DNA of 64,000 nt from a virus. The notes under the pieces were generated by a model that saw nothing but the letters and a program-made list of their open reading frames with translations, did no database searches and had not been told where the DNA came from. Shown piece by piece: positions 48,661 through 57,857 of the stretch; positions within the stretch are counted from its first letter, which is position 1, and each line of letters begins with the position of its first letter. Location of the stretch: positions 5,521-69,520 of IMG/VR virus record IMGVR_UViG_3300010412_000019, one strand, 5' to 3'. The position numbers and the translations under genes are program-made.

Positions 48661-49244
48661 GCATACCCGAAATTTCTAAAATCTCTTGCGTACACCTTAT
48701 TGATCACCTTGATACAATCTGGGTGTTTGTCGAACCATTCAAGATTCAACTCTGATCGTTCTCCCCAACCATGCGTTTTTGGCAGGTCACATGGGAGACC
48801 GACCGACTCTAAATCTTCTTGCAGGTGCTCAAATCGGATGAACTTCGCCACCTTATCAAGCCTGCAAACGAAATCTTTGTCTTCAAGATACCTAGTCAAA
48901 TATAACGGGTACTTGATTGTGTTGAACCTACATTCATGTATTGTCCAACAATCAAAATTGTTGTTTCGTAGGTTGACCAAATCCATAACATATTCTTCAA
49001 AAGTTCTGCTACGGACAATTCTAGGATCAACCCTATGTAACACTCTCCAAAAACTCTGTATTCGTGTATATGGGCTTCGAATGTTCATATACAACTTTCG
49101 ACCGCCCAGAATATCAAGGTCTATACCACTGTGCTTGAGATTCCACCCAACAAAGTACTTGTGCCTTTCTATCAGTTTAAGCGTATATCTGGCCGCTGTT
49201 CGATGCGGTACAATCCACGCTTCATTTTCTCCCACTAAATGCAT
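48651..49244 (-). CDS. sulfotransferase family 2 protein (paralog)
   Basis: PHRTA, IRSPYTRI.S.W, RFEHL..DL, YARDF.NFGY; N-terminus MHLVG.NEAWI shared with 47897-48571. Confidence 0.75.
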   Translation of the reverse strand: MHLVGENEAWIVPHRTAARYTLKLIERHKYFVGWNLKHSGIDLDILGGRKLYMNIRSPYTRIQSFWRVLHRVDPRIVRSRTFEEYVMDLVNLRNNNFDCWTIHECRFNTIKYPLYLTRYLEDKDFVCRLDKVAKFIRFEHLQEDLESVGLPCDLPKTHGWGERSELNLEWFDKHPDCIKVINKVYARDFRNFGYALL

Positions 49245-49254
49245 AATTTCAATT

Positions 49255-49330
49255 TGGTGCCGAAAGTAGGACTTGAACCCACAACCTGACGCTTACAAGG
49301 CGACTGCACTGCCAATTGTGCTATTTCGGC
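49255..49330 (-). tRNA. tRNA-Thr(UGU)
   Basis: Loop CT-TGT-AA, CCA. Confidence 0.9.
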
Positions 49331-49337
49331 AAATGTT

Positions 49338-49415
49338 TGGAGCCGTCACTGCGGAATCAAACCCAGTTAATGGTGCTTACGAGACACCCGCTTCAATCGG
49401 CAAAGCTTTGACGGC
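49338..49415 (-). tRNA. tRNA-Thr(CGU)
   Basis: Loop CT-CGT-AA, GCC 5' end, CCA; imperfect T-arm. Confidence 0.75.
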
Positions 49416-50316
49416 TTAGTAAATCCTCATCAATAATCGGTTCGCGGCGGCGGTTGCTAAAGGTGCGATTGCCGCGGCAGTATTCGCAAGAGCCGCCGTG
49501 ACGGCAGCCCCAATCAAAACGGCGAGAATCGTAGTAAGGTGAACGATGGTCGCCGTTGCGAGAACGGTTACGGTTCTCAAAGTGGCTATCAAAAGACATT
49601 TCGCTTCTCCTGTTGTTAAGCTAATGTCTCATAAGTTTTCTCCTACGTCAAGGTAAACTTCGTCTATTCGTGTTTCAGTGTGATCGTCAGCAGGGTAAAC
49701 ACTCAACCAGTCTTCGATCCACTCTGCGGCTTCTTCTCTCGTTTTTCTGAGACCTTCTTTTCTCTTGCTCTCAGTCCACCAGAAGATAGACGCTTTGTAA
49801 AACTTTCGCATTACCAATCCCGAGGACGAAATGCGCCGTCAAAGTCAGCATACGCATCAACACAGTATGCTTCGTGAGCCATCAGCGTAGAACCAATCTC
49901 TTCGTTCTCAGCAGCCACGGCGCACGTTGAACACTCACCATCTGACAGTTCAAAGAACGTCAGCAGTTCATTACCACAGGCACAAAAGCCTGAATCACTC
50001 GCAAAATTACAACTCATCACATACTCCAGTATGCTTCACTCGCAACCGAACAACTGTAGGGGGTGTTGATGCTCTCTTCGACCATCGTGCCCGTCATCAG
50101 GTTCTTGACCATGTGAGTCTTTTCGATGTTGGCGTAGTAATCGCCACTCTCAGCATAGTCATAGTCGTTTTCAGGGTCAGACTTCTTCAACCGTGTCACT
50201 GCGGCTTTCGCAGCACCCTCAGTTGCGTACACCATGTGGGCGAACGAACCGGGCTTTTTGTACAGTCTTGAAGTCTCAAAATTGAAAACAACGTAACTCA
50301 TTTCAGTACCTCTCAA
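49393..50316 (-). CDS. block of small hypothetical ORFs (49393-49599 with CRHGGSCEYC; 49629-49817; 49811-50020; 50017-~50300)
   Basis: Co-oriented, RBSs present. Confidence 0.6.
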
Positions 50317-50332
50317 TCACATCAACAAGTAT

Positions 50333-50407
50333 AGTGTACAGTGGTACTGGGTAAATTGCAAGCTTTTTTACACTCGCTTTGGCGCATTTGTTGGGTTATT
50401 TTTACCC
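50333..50407 (-). promoter_or_regulatory. early promoter with conserved upstream box, copy 2
   Basis: TTGCAA-17-TACACT; box at 50371-50407. Confidence 0.75.
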
Positions 50408-50433
50408 AGTTGATCGCCTTTAGAGTGCCCCAT

Positions 50434-50471
50434 AAAAAAAGCCTCGGAGAATTTCTTCGTCCGAGGCTTTT
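50434..50471 (-). terminator. rho-independent terminator (candidate attenuator)
   Basis: AAAAGCCUCGG/CCGAGGCUUUUUUU; competing GUCCGAG at 50493-50499. Confidence 0.85.
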
Positions 50472-50499
50472 TAAATGGGGAAGGTATAATTACTCGGAC

Positions 50500-50616
50500 T
50501 TAGGTTGCTGCCCCCGTATCAACAGAATTTGCAAACCAATACGGGCCACTGGTGGTTCGGGGAGCCGATTCCACGCAATGTTGTGTTGATTTTAGTCTTA
50601 GAGTAATCATGTTCAT
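50500..50616 (-). CDS. putative leader peptide (38 aa, not in track)
   Basis: MNMITLRLKSTQHCVESAPRTTSGPYWFANSVDTGAAT*; AGGT upstream of the ATG; stop abuts the antiterminator strand. Confidence 0.65.
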   Translation of the reverse strand: MNMITLRLKSTQHCVESAPRTTSGPYWFANSVDTGAAT

Positions 50617-50658
50617 TTTTTGTTACCTGTACTGGTATATAGTAACTTTTTGGTCTTT

Positions 50659-51926
50659 TCAATCAATAAATTTCAAACTTTTTTCGTTTTCTTCGGACAT
50701 TTCCAGTTCTAATCTTTCAAATGCCTTTTGGGGTACATGATAGCCCGTTTCAGCCAATTCGCACAGCCGCATATAGCACTGTTCAATTGTGTCATCATGA
50801 AACGTCTGGCCCGCCAACGGTAAACCAATGGGTTGATACTCATCTGTCTTTCCTTCTACCAATTTACTTTTTGCGATGTGAGTAGCGAACCCGCCGTATA
50901 CATGAGCGTACACATAAACATCAGACTTACCACCATCTGAACTAAATCTGCAATAACTCATTTTTACGTCCTGTGGAACGTGTCAGGGTACTCAGTTTCA
51001 AGACCCGGACCTACCACCTTTACCTTGTACGGGTGATAGAACTCAACACCACCCGGAATAGCGTGTCGATAAACTCCGCTGTTGATGATGGCTTGACCAT
51101 GTGCGATTGCCGCGGCCATGTCATCCAATTCGTACTCATAGTAGCCATGGGCTACGTAAGTTTTGACTTTATATTTACCTTCACTCATTTCGGTGCCCTG
51201 TTTTTCTTGCCATTACAAGAACCGGTCGGGAAAGTCTTGTTGTCGCCCTTACCCTTCTGCCATGCTACACGTTGCTGGCGGTTGGTGAAACGAGTAGACC
51301 ACGTGCCATCTTTATGCTCACGCCTTGTCTTACCACCACGAACATGTTCACATTCTTGGTATTGCAGTTCAGCACAAGCCGAGCATACTTTACCCGCCTT
51401 GCTCCAGTTCTCACGGTCTGTCATTTTGTTTCCTTCAATAGTTTGTTACGGAAAAGAAAGTCTGTAATTCCCATTGCAAAAAGGTCCAATTCTTCGTGAC
51501 CTTTCTTGCTTGCCAGTGAAGTCAGTTTCAACTTCGCTTCGATGGCGTGTAGCACTTCATGAATCATGATATGCCAACGCTCAAATTCATCAGGTGTGTC
51601 ATTGACGGTAATCAGCCGTGCGTATTCGTCATATGAACCCCACTCACCATGTTCACTCGGACAACCTTTTTGATACTGTACATCGTGTGTAACACCCAGA
51701 ACATTCAGCTTCCGAGGCTTAGGTTTGCTCATTACAAATCCTCAATGTCATCAGGACGCACATTGCGAAAGTGGCGACCATCTTTTGAACGAATCCCGAA
51801 ACCATTGTCATTGTTGAAACACTGCATAGGTTCGGGGCCATGTTCGATCTCCCAGATATCACCGTGTTCTCTGATCAACTGTTTCAACCGAGCGGTGTTG
51901 GGAAGAAGCCTTGCTAGATTCTTCAT
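50659..51926 (-). CDS. block of hypothetical ORFs (50659-50961, 50964-51188, 51185-51424, 51421-51732 HExxH metallopeptidase-like, 51732-51926)
   Basis: Packed ORFs; IHEVLHAIE motif; promoter TTGACA-17-TAGAAT at 51933-51961. Confidence 0.65.
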
Positions 51927-51992
51927 GCCACCATTCTAAGGGATATTGAGGGCTGTGTCAAGCCCCCCATTTCTGAGGGGCTTGCCCGCCGC

Positions 51993-52595
51993 TCAGCCGC
52001 CCTCCGAAGCCTGTTCTTCCTCAGAAATCACCTGAGGAAATGCAAATAATGGTCGGTCGTCACCCTGTGTCCAGTAGGTGTTGTAATGTTGCAACATCAT
52101 TGCATTGCATACAACATGTGCCGAATGTAACTCACCTGATTCATTGTCAACATCATCACATTCGAAGTGGTACTTGATATGCCGCATCATGCAGGCAATA
52201 CAGACCGACCAGTTCATACCAGTTGCCCAGTTAAACGGTGCGTATTTTCGCAGGCCGAAGTCCCAGACACGAATGACATTCTCAAGCGAACTCAAAAGAG
52301 TAACACGATCCGAGCCACCCTGTTTCGCCCAATTGTAAGCCACCGAGTATTTCAGTAGCGTGTACGTATCGATCAAACCGATTTGGAAAGAAGCGAGGTA
52401 CCCGGTCATGGGCACCTCGTTCATGTAGTCTGCCATTTGCAGAATTTCTTGCTCATCTTCCATCAATGCTTGAATCTGTGGAAGAGGCATCAGTTCCCAT
52501 TTCGGCTTGCCACCGTTTGCTCTGGCACCCGTCCCCATTTCTTTTGAGGCTACATCACCGACTGCCATATCCCAACGAGGCTCTTTCGTCATCAC
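51993..52595 (-). CDS. dATP/dGTP diphosphohydrolase (DUF5664-like) with insertion
   Basis: GAR.N.GKP.W.L.P; FG..KY...NW..G; RH......D.ESG..H.AH..CN...L motifs. Confidence 0.8.
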   Translation of the reverse strand: MMTKEPRWDMAVGDVASKEMGTGARANGGKPKWELMPLPQIQALMEDEQEILQMADYMNEVPMTGYLASFQIGLIDTYTLLKYSVAYNWAKQGGSDRVTLLSSLENVIRVWDFGLRKYAPFNWATGMNWSVCIACMMRHIKYHFECDDVDNESGELHSAHVVCNAMMLQHYNTYWTQGDDRPLFAFPQVISEEEQASEGG

Positions 52596-53066
52596 GCCCT
52601 CCCGAATTTATGTTCGGTGCATTCAAAATCAGGGTCGTTGTTTTCAAGAATCCAACGGGAACCAGCACTTGGGATAGTGCTTGGCGGTACGTAGTTCTCA
52701 CCCAAGTTCTCACGCGGATTTCGCGTAGTCTGCGGCATGGGTGAAATGTACAGGTGGGGCTTCCTTGACTGGAAGTAATACAAATCAGGCTTTTCAATCT
52801 TCTGGTGAACTTTCCAGATATCACCATACTGACGAATTACCTGCGCGGCTTTTGCCGTGATAGGCTCAAGTTTGACAAATTTCACAAAATGTCTCCATCA
52901 TATAATTGAAAGGGAAGTCTTACCCTTGGAAGTCGTTTTTGTCTTCCTTCGATGTAAGACCCTTGAATTTCGAAACTACCAAGTCAGATAGTTTCTTCGC
53001 CCATGCTGGCTGAGGGGTTGCCCACCCAACCATTAGTGCGACAAAAATCATTAGTACAGTCCACAT
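52592..53066 (-). CDS. hypothetical proteins (52592-52885; small membrane ORF 52920-53066)
   Basis: Second ORF MWTVLMIFVALMVGWATPQPAWAKK... with AAGGA RBS. Confidence 0.55.
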
Positions 53067-53109
53067 TTTATTATCCTTCTATTTTTCGTAATATTCAGTC
53101 ATAAAATTC

Positions 53110-53465
53110 AGTAGCCCATTTGGGTAATAAGGCTGGGCTAGACCTCAGATGGGGTTAGGCTGCGAGAGGCAGCACCTCACCATCAAAAAATGCATCGTTA
53201 GCAGCATTTAATTTTAGTTTCGTCAGAGTTACGGTCTGTTGCTACACCGCATTGTCCATCTATTTTCTGACCCAAGTCGATTCCAGAGTCACCCCCATCA
53301 GAAACACACTTACCGCAACCTGTACCCATCAACAAAATTAGTGCTGGGTCTTTTTCAATGTCGCTTTCAGTAATCTCGTTACAAATACAAAGGTACATGT
53401 GTTTTTGGTGGAGGTGGGGAGATTCGAACTCCCGTCCTCAAGCCGTATCGTCAATATCATACAAT
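53110..53465 (-). ncRNA. ssrA: circularly permuted two-piece tmRNA
   Basis: Acceptor piece ...GGACGGGAGTTCGAATCTCCCCACCTCCACCA (CCA ends at 53406) lies upstream of a coding piece starting GGGGGTGACTCTGGAATCGAC (53296); G3:U70 pair; tag ORF 53205-53155 AANDAFFDGEVLPLAA*. Outer ends approximate. Confidence 0.92.
53198..53398 (-). CDS. minimal Bfd-like [2Fe-2S] protein inside the tmRNA gene
   Basis: MYLCICNEITE..I...GTGCGKC resembles the Bfd CxC...CGxC motif. Confidence 0.65.
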   Translation of the reverse strand: MYLCICNEITESDIEKDPALILLMGTGCGKCVSDGGDSGIDLGQKIDGQCGVATDRNSDETKIKCC

Positions 53466-53597
53466 GATAAATTCAAAAGAGCGTGTTGGTGGGGATTCTA
53501 GGTTGCCTCTTACCGCGCCTCGCCGTCCTAGCACTGGGGCTGACCAACATCACTCTATTTCAATTATGGTAATACACTCAGAGATTCGTTGCAACCT

Positions 53598-54074
53598 CTA
53601 TTCGCAGGGTATCGGCTGCGTTAGGCGATTCAATACAAGATCACTGGAACAGCCAATGCACCACGGTATTGCCGTGTTTGGGTCGAGCATTCTATCCGCA
53701 TCTAATGAAATATCAAGTGCGACTAGTAGCCTACCCTCTTCGTCCATTTCCAGTGTCATATCACCAACATTCAGTTGCGGCTTCGGCCATTCTGGAGTTG
53801 TGATAGTTTCATGAATTGACAATGAACTACCATCATTTGCTCCAACGGCAATAAAGAATTGCTTACCGTAGGCTTTTGCTCCAGACCAATAATCCCAGTT
53901 TGTTCCATATGTGTACAGGTAAGCTACAATTAGGTCATCAGTCACTTCAATGCTGATTCCCTCACCAGAACGTTCTGGGCTGTACCATGAACCAGTTACA
54001 CATGAATCCAAAGCTACGGCATTGCCCGCAAATAAAAAGAGAGTCGCAAAAAGCGTCAAAATAAAGTGTTTCAT
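53598..54074 (-). CDS. secreted hypothetical protein
   Basis: Signal peptide; TGSWY.P.RSGEG..IE; GGAGG RBS. Confidence 0.7.
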   Translation of the reverse strand: MKHFILTLFATLFLFAGNAVALDSCVTGSWYSPERSGEGISIEVTDDLIVAYLYTYGTNWDYWSGAKAYGKQFFIAVGANDGSSLSIHETITTPEWPKPQLNVGDMTLEMDEEGRLLVALDISLDADRMLDPNTAIPWCIGCSSDLVLNRLTQPIPCE

Positions 54075-54133
54075 ATACAGTCCCTCCAGATTTACTGTCG
54101 GGACTATATATGCACTTTACTTCTAACTAGAAC

Positions 54134-55396
54134 TCAATCTCTTTTGTAGTCTTTCGGCGTACCATCACGCTCAAGTTCAGAACCTCGGCAGAACAGCGGC
54201 TTGGTCTTAGACCATGCTGCCGTATTTTCACCGTGGCGCTCATCCCATGCGCTATTCGGGTCGCGTCTTGCGTTCATGTTATCGCTCAGATCGTCATCAA
54301 TCTCTTCGCGTGGAACCCAACCCGGAATCGGCGCGGCATAGCCGTAATCGATTCGATTGGCCTTGTAGCACATTGTACGCCACAGGTCATACTTGAAGCT
54401 TGCCGAATTGAACTTCATCACAGCCTGAGGCAAAGCCCAATGTGGATGATTGATCACCCACCAGATTCGATGATAGTTCGGCTCTGCAACGGGGATACCG
54501 CCAACAGACTTCTTACCATTGACATACGGTGCCTGCTGGCGCTCTTTCGGGTTCGAAATCAGCGGGTACAGCCAAGTCTTGGCACCAGCAATCGCAGGAC
54601 CAAAACCAGCGGTCTGAGCAACAACACCCATCCAGCGGTAATACTCTTTCTCTTCTTCCGTAAACGGAACTTCTGGGTCAAGAGCAAAATGACCAACGCC
54701 TTCTTTCTTGTACTTCGCTTCATTTGCGCCGTAAAAATCAAAGGTCGGGAACATGAAACGCCACTGGTCAAGAGCATGACCCATCATAGCAATAATGCGG
54801 GTCGTCGTACCAGTCTTAGCAGCCGCCTCGGCGGTATGCGTCAAAAAGTAATTGGCAGTTTCACGCTGGTTGCGAATCACAAATGCGCCGTTAGAACGGG
54901 CCCTTGAAAGACCAAGAGTTTCTTTCGCAAATGCAAGTTCATTTCTGAAACCAAGGTTGGTAATCTCTTTCACCATTGAACGTGGCAGCTTACCAAATTC
55001 ACCCATTGGAGCTTCCCACCAGCCATCAAGTTCAACAGCTTCGGGTGGTGACAGTTGGAACGTAACTTTTTCACGTTCAGGTACTTTGTTGTCAAGTCTA
55101 TTACCATCGGCGTCAAAGTTGTCACCATCGGCAAACTTCTTCAACTTGGCAATACGATCAGCAAGCCACAGATTGAAACCTTTCTCAAGCTGTGCTTCAA
55201 GTTCAGCAATCAAGGCTTCAAGTTCCTCAAGGTCGCTCAACTCTTCTGGTTCGGCGTCTTCGGGTGGAAGTTCGGTGTCAGCAAATGAGTCATCGACCGC
55301 CGGTGCCTCGTCAGTTGCTAAATTAGCAGCAATCTTTTCCTGTAGTTCAGTATCCATAGGATCAACAGGACGTTCACATGTTGGACAGTTTTCCAT
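54134..55396 (-). CDS. hypothetical protein (late; acidic N-terminus)
   Basis: 420 aa, GAGG RBS, cTAAATA near 55428-55434. Confidence 0.75.
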   Translation of the reverse strand: MENCPTCERPVDPMDTELQEKIAANLATDEAPAVDDSFADTELPPEDAEPEELSDLEELEALIAELEAQLEKGFNLWLADRIAKLKKFADGDNFDADGNRLDNKVPEREKVTFQLSPPEAVELDGWWEAPMGEFGKLPRSMVKEITNLGFRNELAFAKETLGLSRARSNGAFVIRNQRETANYFLTHTAEAAAKTGTTTRIIAMMGHALDQWRFMFPTFDFYGANEAKYKKEGVGHFALDPEVPFTEEEKEYYRWMGVVAQTAGFGPAIAGAKTWLYPLISNPKERQQAPYVNGKKSVGGIPVAEPNYHRIWWVINHPHWALPQAVMKFNSASFKYDLWRTMCYKANRIDYGYAAPIPGWVPREEIDDDLSDNMNARRDPNSAWDERHGENTAAWSKTKPLFCRGSELERDGTPKDYKRD

Positions 55397-55456
55397 TAAA
55401 AAAATACCTCAGTAGTAGTTACTAAGGTATTTAGTGCTCCAACACTCTTTTACATT

Positions 55457-55981
55457 TTATGACAAACCGATGGCGTCTTTTGCGTTCATCACAGCTTCGA
55501 TTGCTTTTTCACGAAGCATTGCGTGACCCTTGGTCAGTGAATTGACAAGTGCTTCCTGTTCGATCAGGTACACTTTTGCGAAACGTGGATCATGATCAAC
55601 GATATCAGCAGTGTTTGACAGCACATCAGCCAGCTTGATCGTCTGGGCTCGTTCACAGCCATTTGCATAGTGAACACGATCCATTTCTTTGCGGATTTCA
55701 CGATTACCGTCTTCTTTCTTTGACGGCTTCGTGACCATCATCACAAGATCGGCAATCTCATCACCAAACTTGGTACGAATCTCGGCTTCTGTCACGGGCG
55801 TATCTTCAACAACATCGTGTAGAATTGCCGCGGCTGTCGCTGGCGTATCCTGCAAAACGGACCACACAATCTGACCCACCTCAATCGGGTGGAAGATGTA
55901 TGGCTCGCCTGAGTACTTGCGCGTCTGCCCCTCATGGGCTTTCGTCGCAAACTCAATTACTTGATAAAGAAAATCATTCAT
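55457..55981 (-). CDS. HD-domain (p)ppGpp hydrolase-like protein (SpoT/Mesh1 type)
   Basis: FA..AH.GQ.RK..GEPYI.HP, AAILHDVVEDT, IKLAD..SN motifs. Confidence 0.88.
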   Translation of the reverse strand: MNDFLYQVIEFATKAHEGQTRKYSGEPYIFHPIEVGQIVWSVLQDTPATAAAILHDVVEDTPVTEAEIRTKFGDEIADLVMMVTKPSKKEDGNREIRKEMDRVHYANGCERAQTIKLADVLSNTADIVDHDPRFAKVYLIEQEALVNSLTKGHAMLREKAIEAVMNAKDAIGLS

Positions 55982-55999
55982 GGTTGCATTGTAGGTGGT

Positions 56000-56893
56000 T
56001 TAGTTGTCTCTGTCAACCCTTTTATCGGGATAAATGTAACGTTTCTTCGCTTCATAATTCCAGTAAATCTGCCCCCAATATGGGTCACAGTACGACCCAA
56101 TCTGATAGGGGTATTGGCAATATGATGGGTAGGGGTTGTTATTCAGAATGATCATTCCGTTGTCGGGGATGGCGGGGTCGTTCTGAACTTGCGGTGGTGT
56201 TGCACAGGCAATCAATGTACTCAGAATAGCTACAATCGTACCCATTTTGAGAACGTTCATACCCTTTTTGGGAATGTTCATCGTTTTCTCCTTACTGACG
56301 GCTTATCGTGGAAGTTAGTGCGTAGCAACCCCGGCGCACTTGGCTTCATAGTCATCACTTGCTCACATTCCGGGCACTTCGGTTCTTGCTGGTCGCTCCT
56401 GTGGACAATCACCTCTTTTTCAAGTCCACAGTATTTGCATTGATAATCAAAGATCGGCATTATAGGATAACCTCTCAGTCACAATTCTACATCTTTTTGA
56501 TGGCTCGTTGGTTAGAAAGCTTGCGCGAACTCCCTTGTCATAGGGTGGCTCTTTACCAATCGAATAGTATTGGTCGCAAGTAGCATCCACTCTTATATTG
56601 CGCTTTTCATCCACCAACCACCAGTGAGTAACACCCTCATCGTCTTTCCCATAATAGGGCTGCAAAACACCCGGTTCAAACAAATGATAGATGACTTCAC
56701 TGGCAACGTAACAATGCCCATACATCGGGTTTGTTTCATTGATGGCTCTATATTCTGGTTTAAGTAAATCTGGAGTCAGTTGACTTTGCACCTGATCAAC
56801 AGTATACGCATAAACACCAAGCATGGCGTTTACATCTTCATCATTAACGTTAAACAGGGTGTTGACCTGTAACTTCACCACTTCATTGTTCAT
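56000..56893 (-). CDS. lipoprotein-like ORF (56000-56281), FmdB-family zinc ribbon (56278-56460), hypothetical protein (56447-56893)
   Basis: LIAC lipobox; MPIFDYQC..CG...CP.C; GHCYVASE..YH...HWW. Confidence 0.7.
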
Positions 56894-56896
56894 AAT

Positions 56897-57622
56897 TTAG
56901 CCGTTTCGTTTGTTGCCGATTGCATCAGAAAAAGCCACCGTCAACGGTAGCAGTTTATCAATCGGAAGGTCGATCATTAGAACCTTCACTTTCATATTCG
57001 GGTCGATCAACATGCTTGATAGAAAGCGGTGATGGCCATCGATAATCTTGAAGTCGGAGCCAGCTACAAAAGTGGACCTCTGAGTCATGACATTGATGGT
57101 CGTCTTGCGTGATTCTGAAACTTGCTTGTCAATCGCCTTGTCGAAATAAATCTGTTGCTGTATAGGTATCAGCTTTTGAACTTCAACCTTACCTTTGGTG
57201 AACTTCACAACATCATCACGTTTTGATCCATCATGAATTCTTAGGCCGTTCGAAAAGAACTCCTTGGCCTGCTCTCCAGAAAGACCTTCTGGGAATGGGT
57301 TCTCTGCAACTTCATCGGACGAAAAAGGATTCGTGATATCAATTGCGCCTTTTTTCAACAGGTTTTGTAGAAGCGTAACCTGCCTTGAAATAACTGGCAT
57401 GTCGCGGCGTTTTGTATGGCCCATCGTTGCGCGAATCTTTGCCTTTTGAAAGTTCTGGTCGAAATTCGGAATCTCTTCCAGCAAATCTCTACCAACCGAA
57501 GCATATTTCTCCATCGCATACGTGCGAGCCTGATCAAGGGTCAGCTTGTGAATCTCAAGCTTGCCGGGTGCAGCACCACCCTTTTCAACAAACTCGTTTA
57601 TGTATTCTGCGAATGTTCTCAT
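56897..57622 (-). CDS. ParB/Srx-like domain protein, probable internal head protein
   Basis: IIDGHHR, L.P.Q..I motifs; N-terminus MRTFAEYINE. Confidence 0.75.
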   Translation of the reverse strand: MRTFAEYINEFVEKGGAAPGKLEIHKLTLDQARTYAMEKYASVGRDLLEEIPNFDQNFQKAKIRATMGHTKRRDMPVISRQVTLLQNLLKKGAIDITNPFSSDEVAENPFPEGLSGEQAKEFFSNGLRIHDGSKRDDVVKFTKGKVEVQKLIPIQQQIYFDKAIDKQVSESRKTTINVMTQRSTFVAGSDFKIIDGHHRFLSSMLIDPNMKVKVLMIDLPIDKLLPLTVAFSDAIGNKRNG

Positions 57623-57852
57623 GGCATTACGTAAATGTATTTTGAATATGCAAAGTGTCTCGTTGCTTCTTTCTTGGCCAGATCATAAGTCGTATAGGTT
57701 GACATGTAATGAAAACGATCATCTTGATCATCGGCGTTTGGTTGAGTCGAAAACTTATAACACCCAAGTTTCTTTGGTGGGCGTCCATGTGTTCTCAAAT
57801 ATGGCCCTTCAAGGAAAACAACTTCCTCCACAAACTCAGCCAACGTTTTCAT
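57619..57852 (-). CDS. probable internal head protein
   Basis: N-terminus MKTLAEFVEE. Confidence 0.65.
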   Translation of the reverse strand: MKTLAEFVEEVVFLEGPYLRTHGRPPKKLGCYKFSTQPNADDQDDRFHYMSTYTTYDLAKKEATRHFAYSKYIYVMP

Positions 57853-57857
57853 TTTGT

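Noticed and set aside
30859-49415. CRISPR-like periodic repeats
   Set aside because: The recurring ttcgaacc/tgg motifs are tRNA T-arms and CCA ends. There is no constant repeat-spacer array and no cas gene.
51993-52595. Z-base or 7-deazaguanine DNA modification system suggested by DUF5664
   Set aside because: No PurZ, QueC/D/E, FolE or DpdA recognisable in this window; cannot be excluded elsewhere in the genome.
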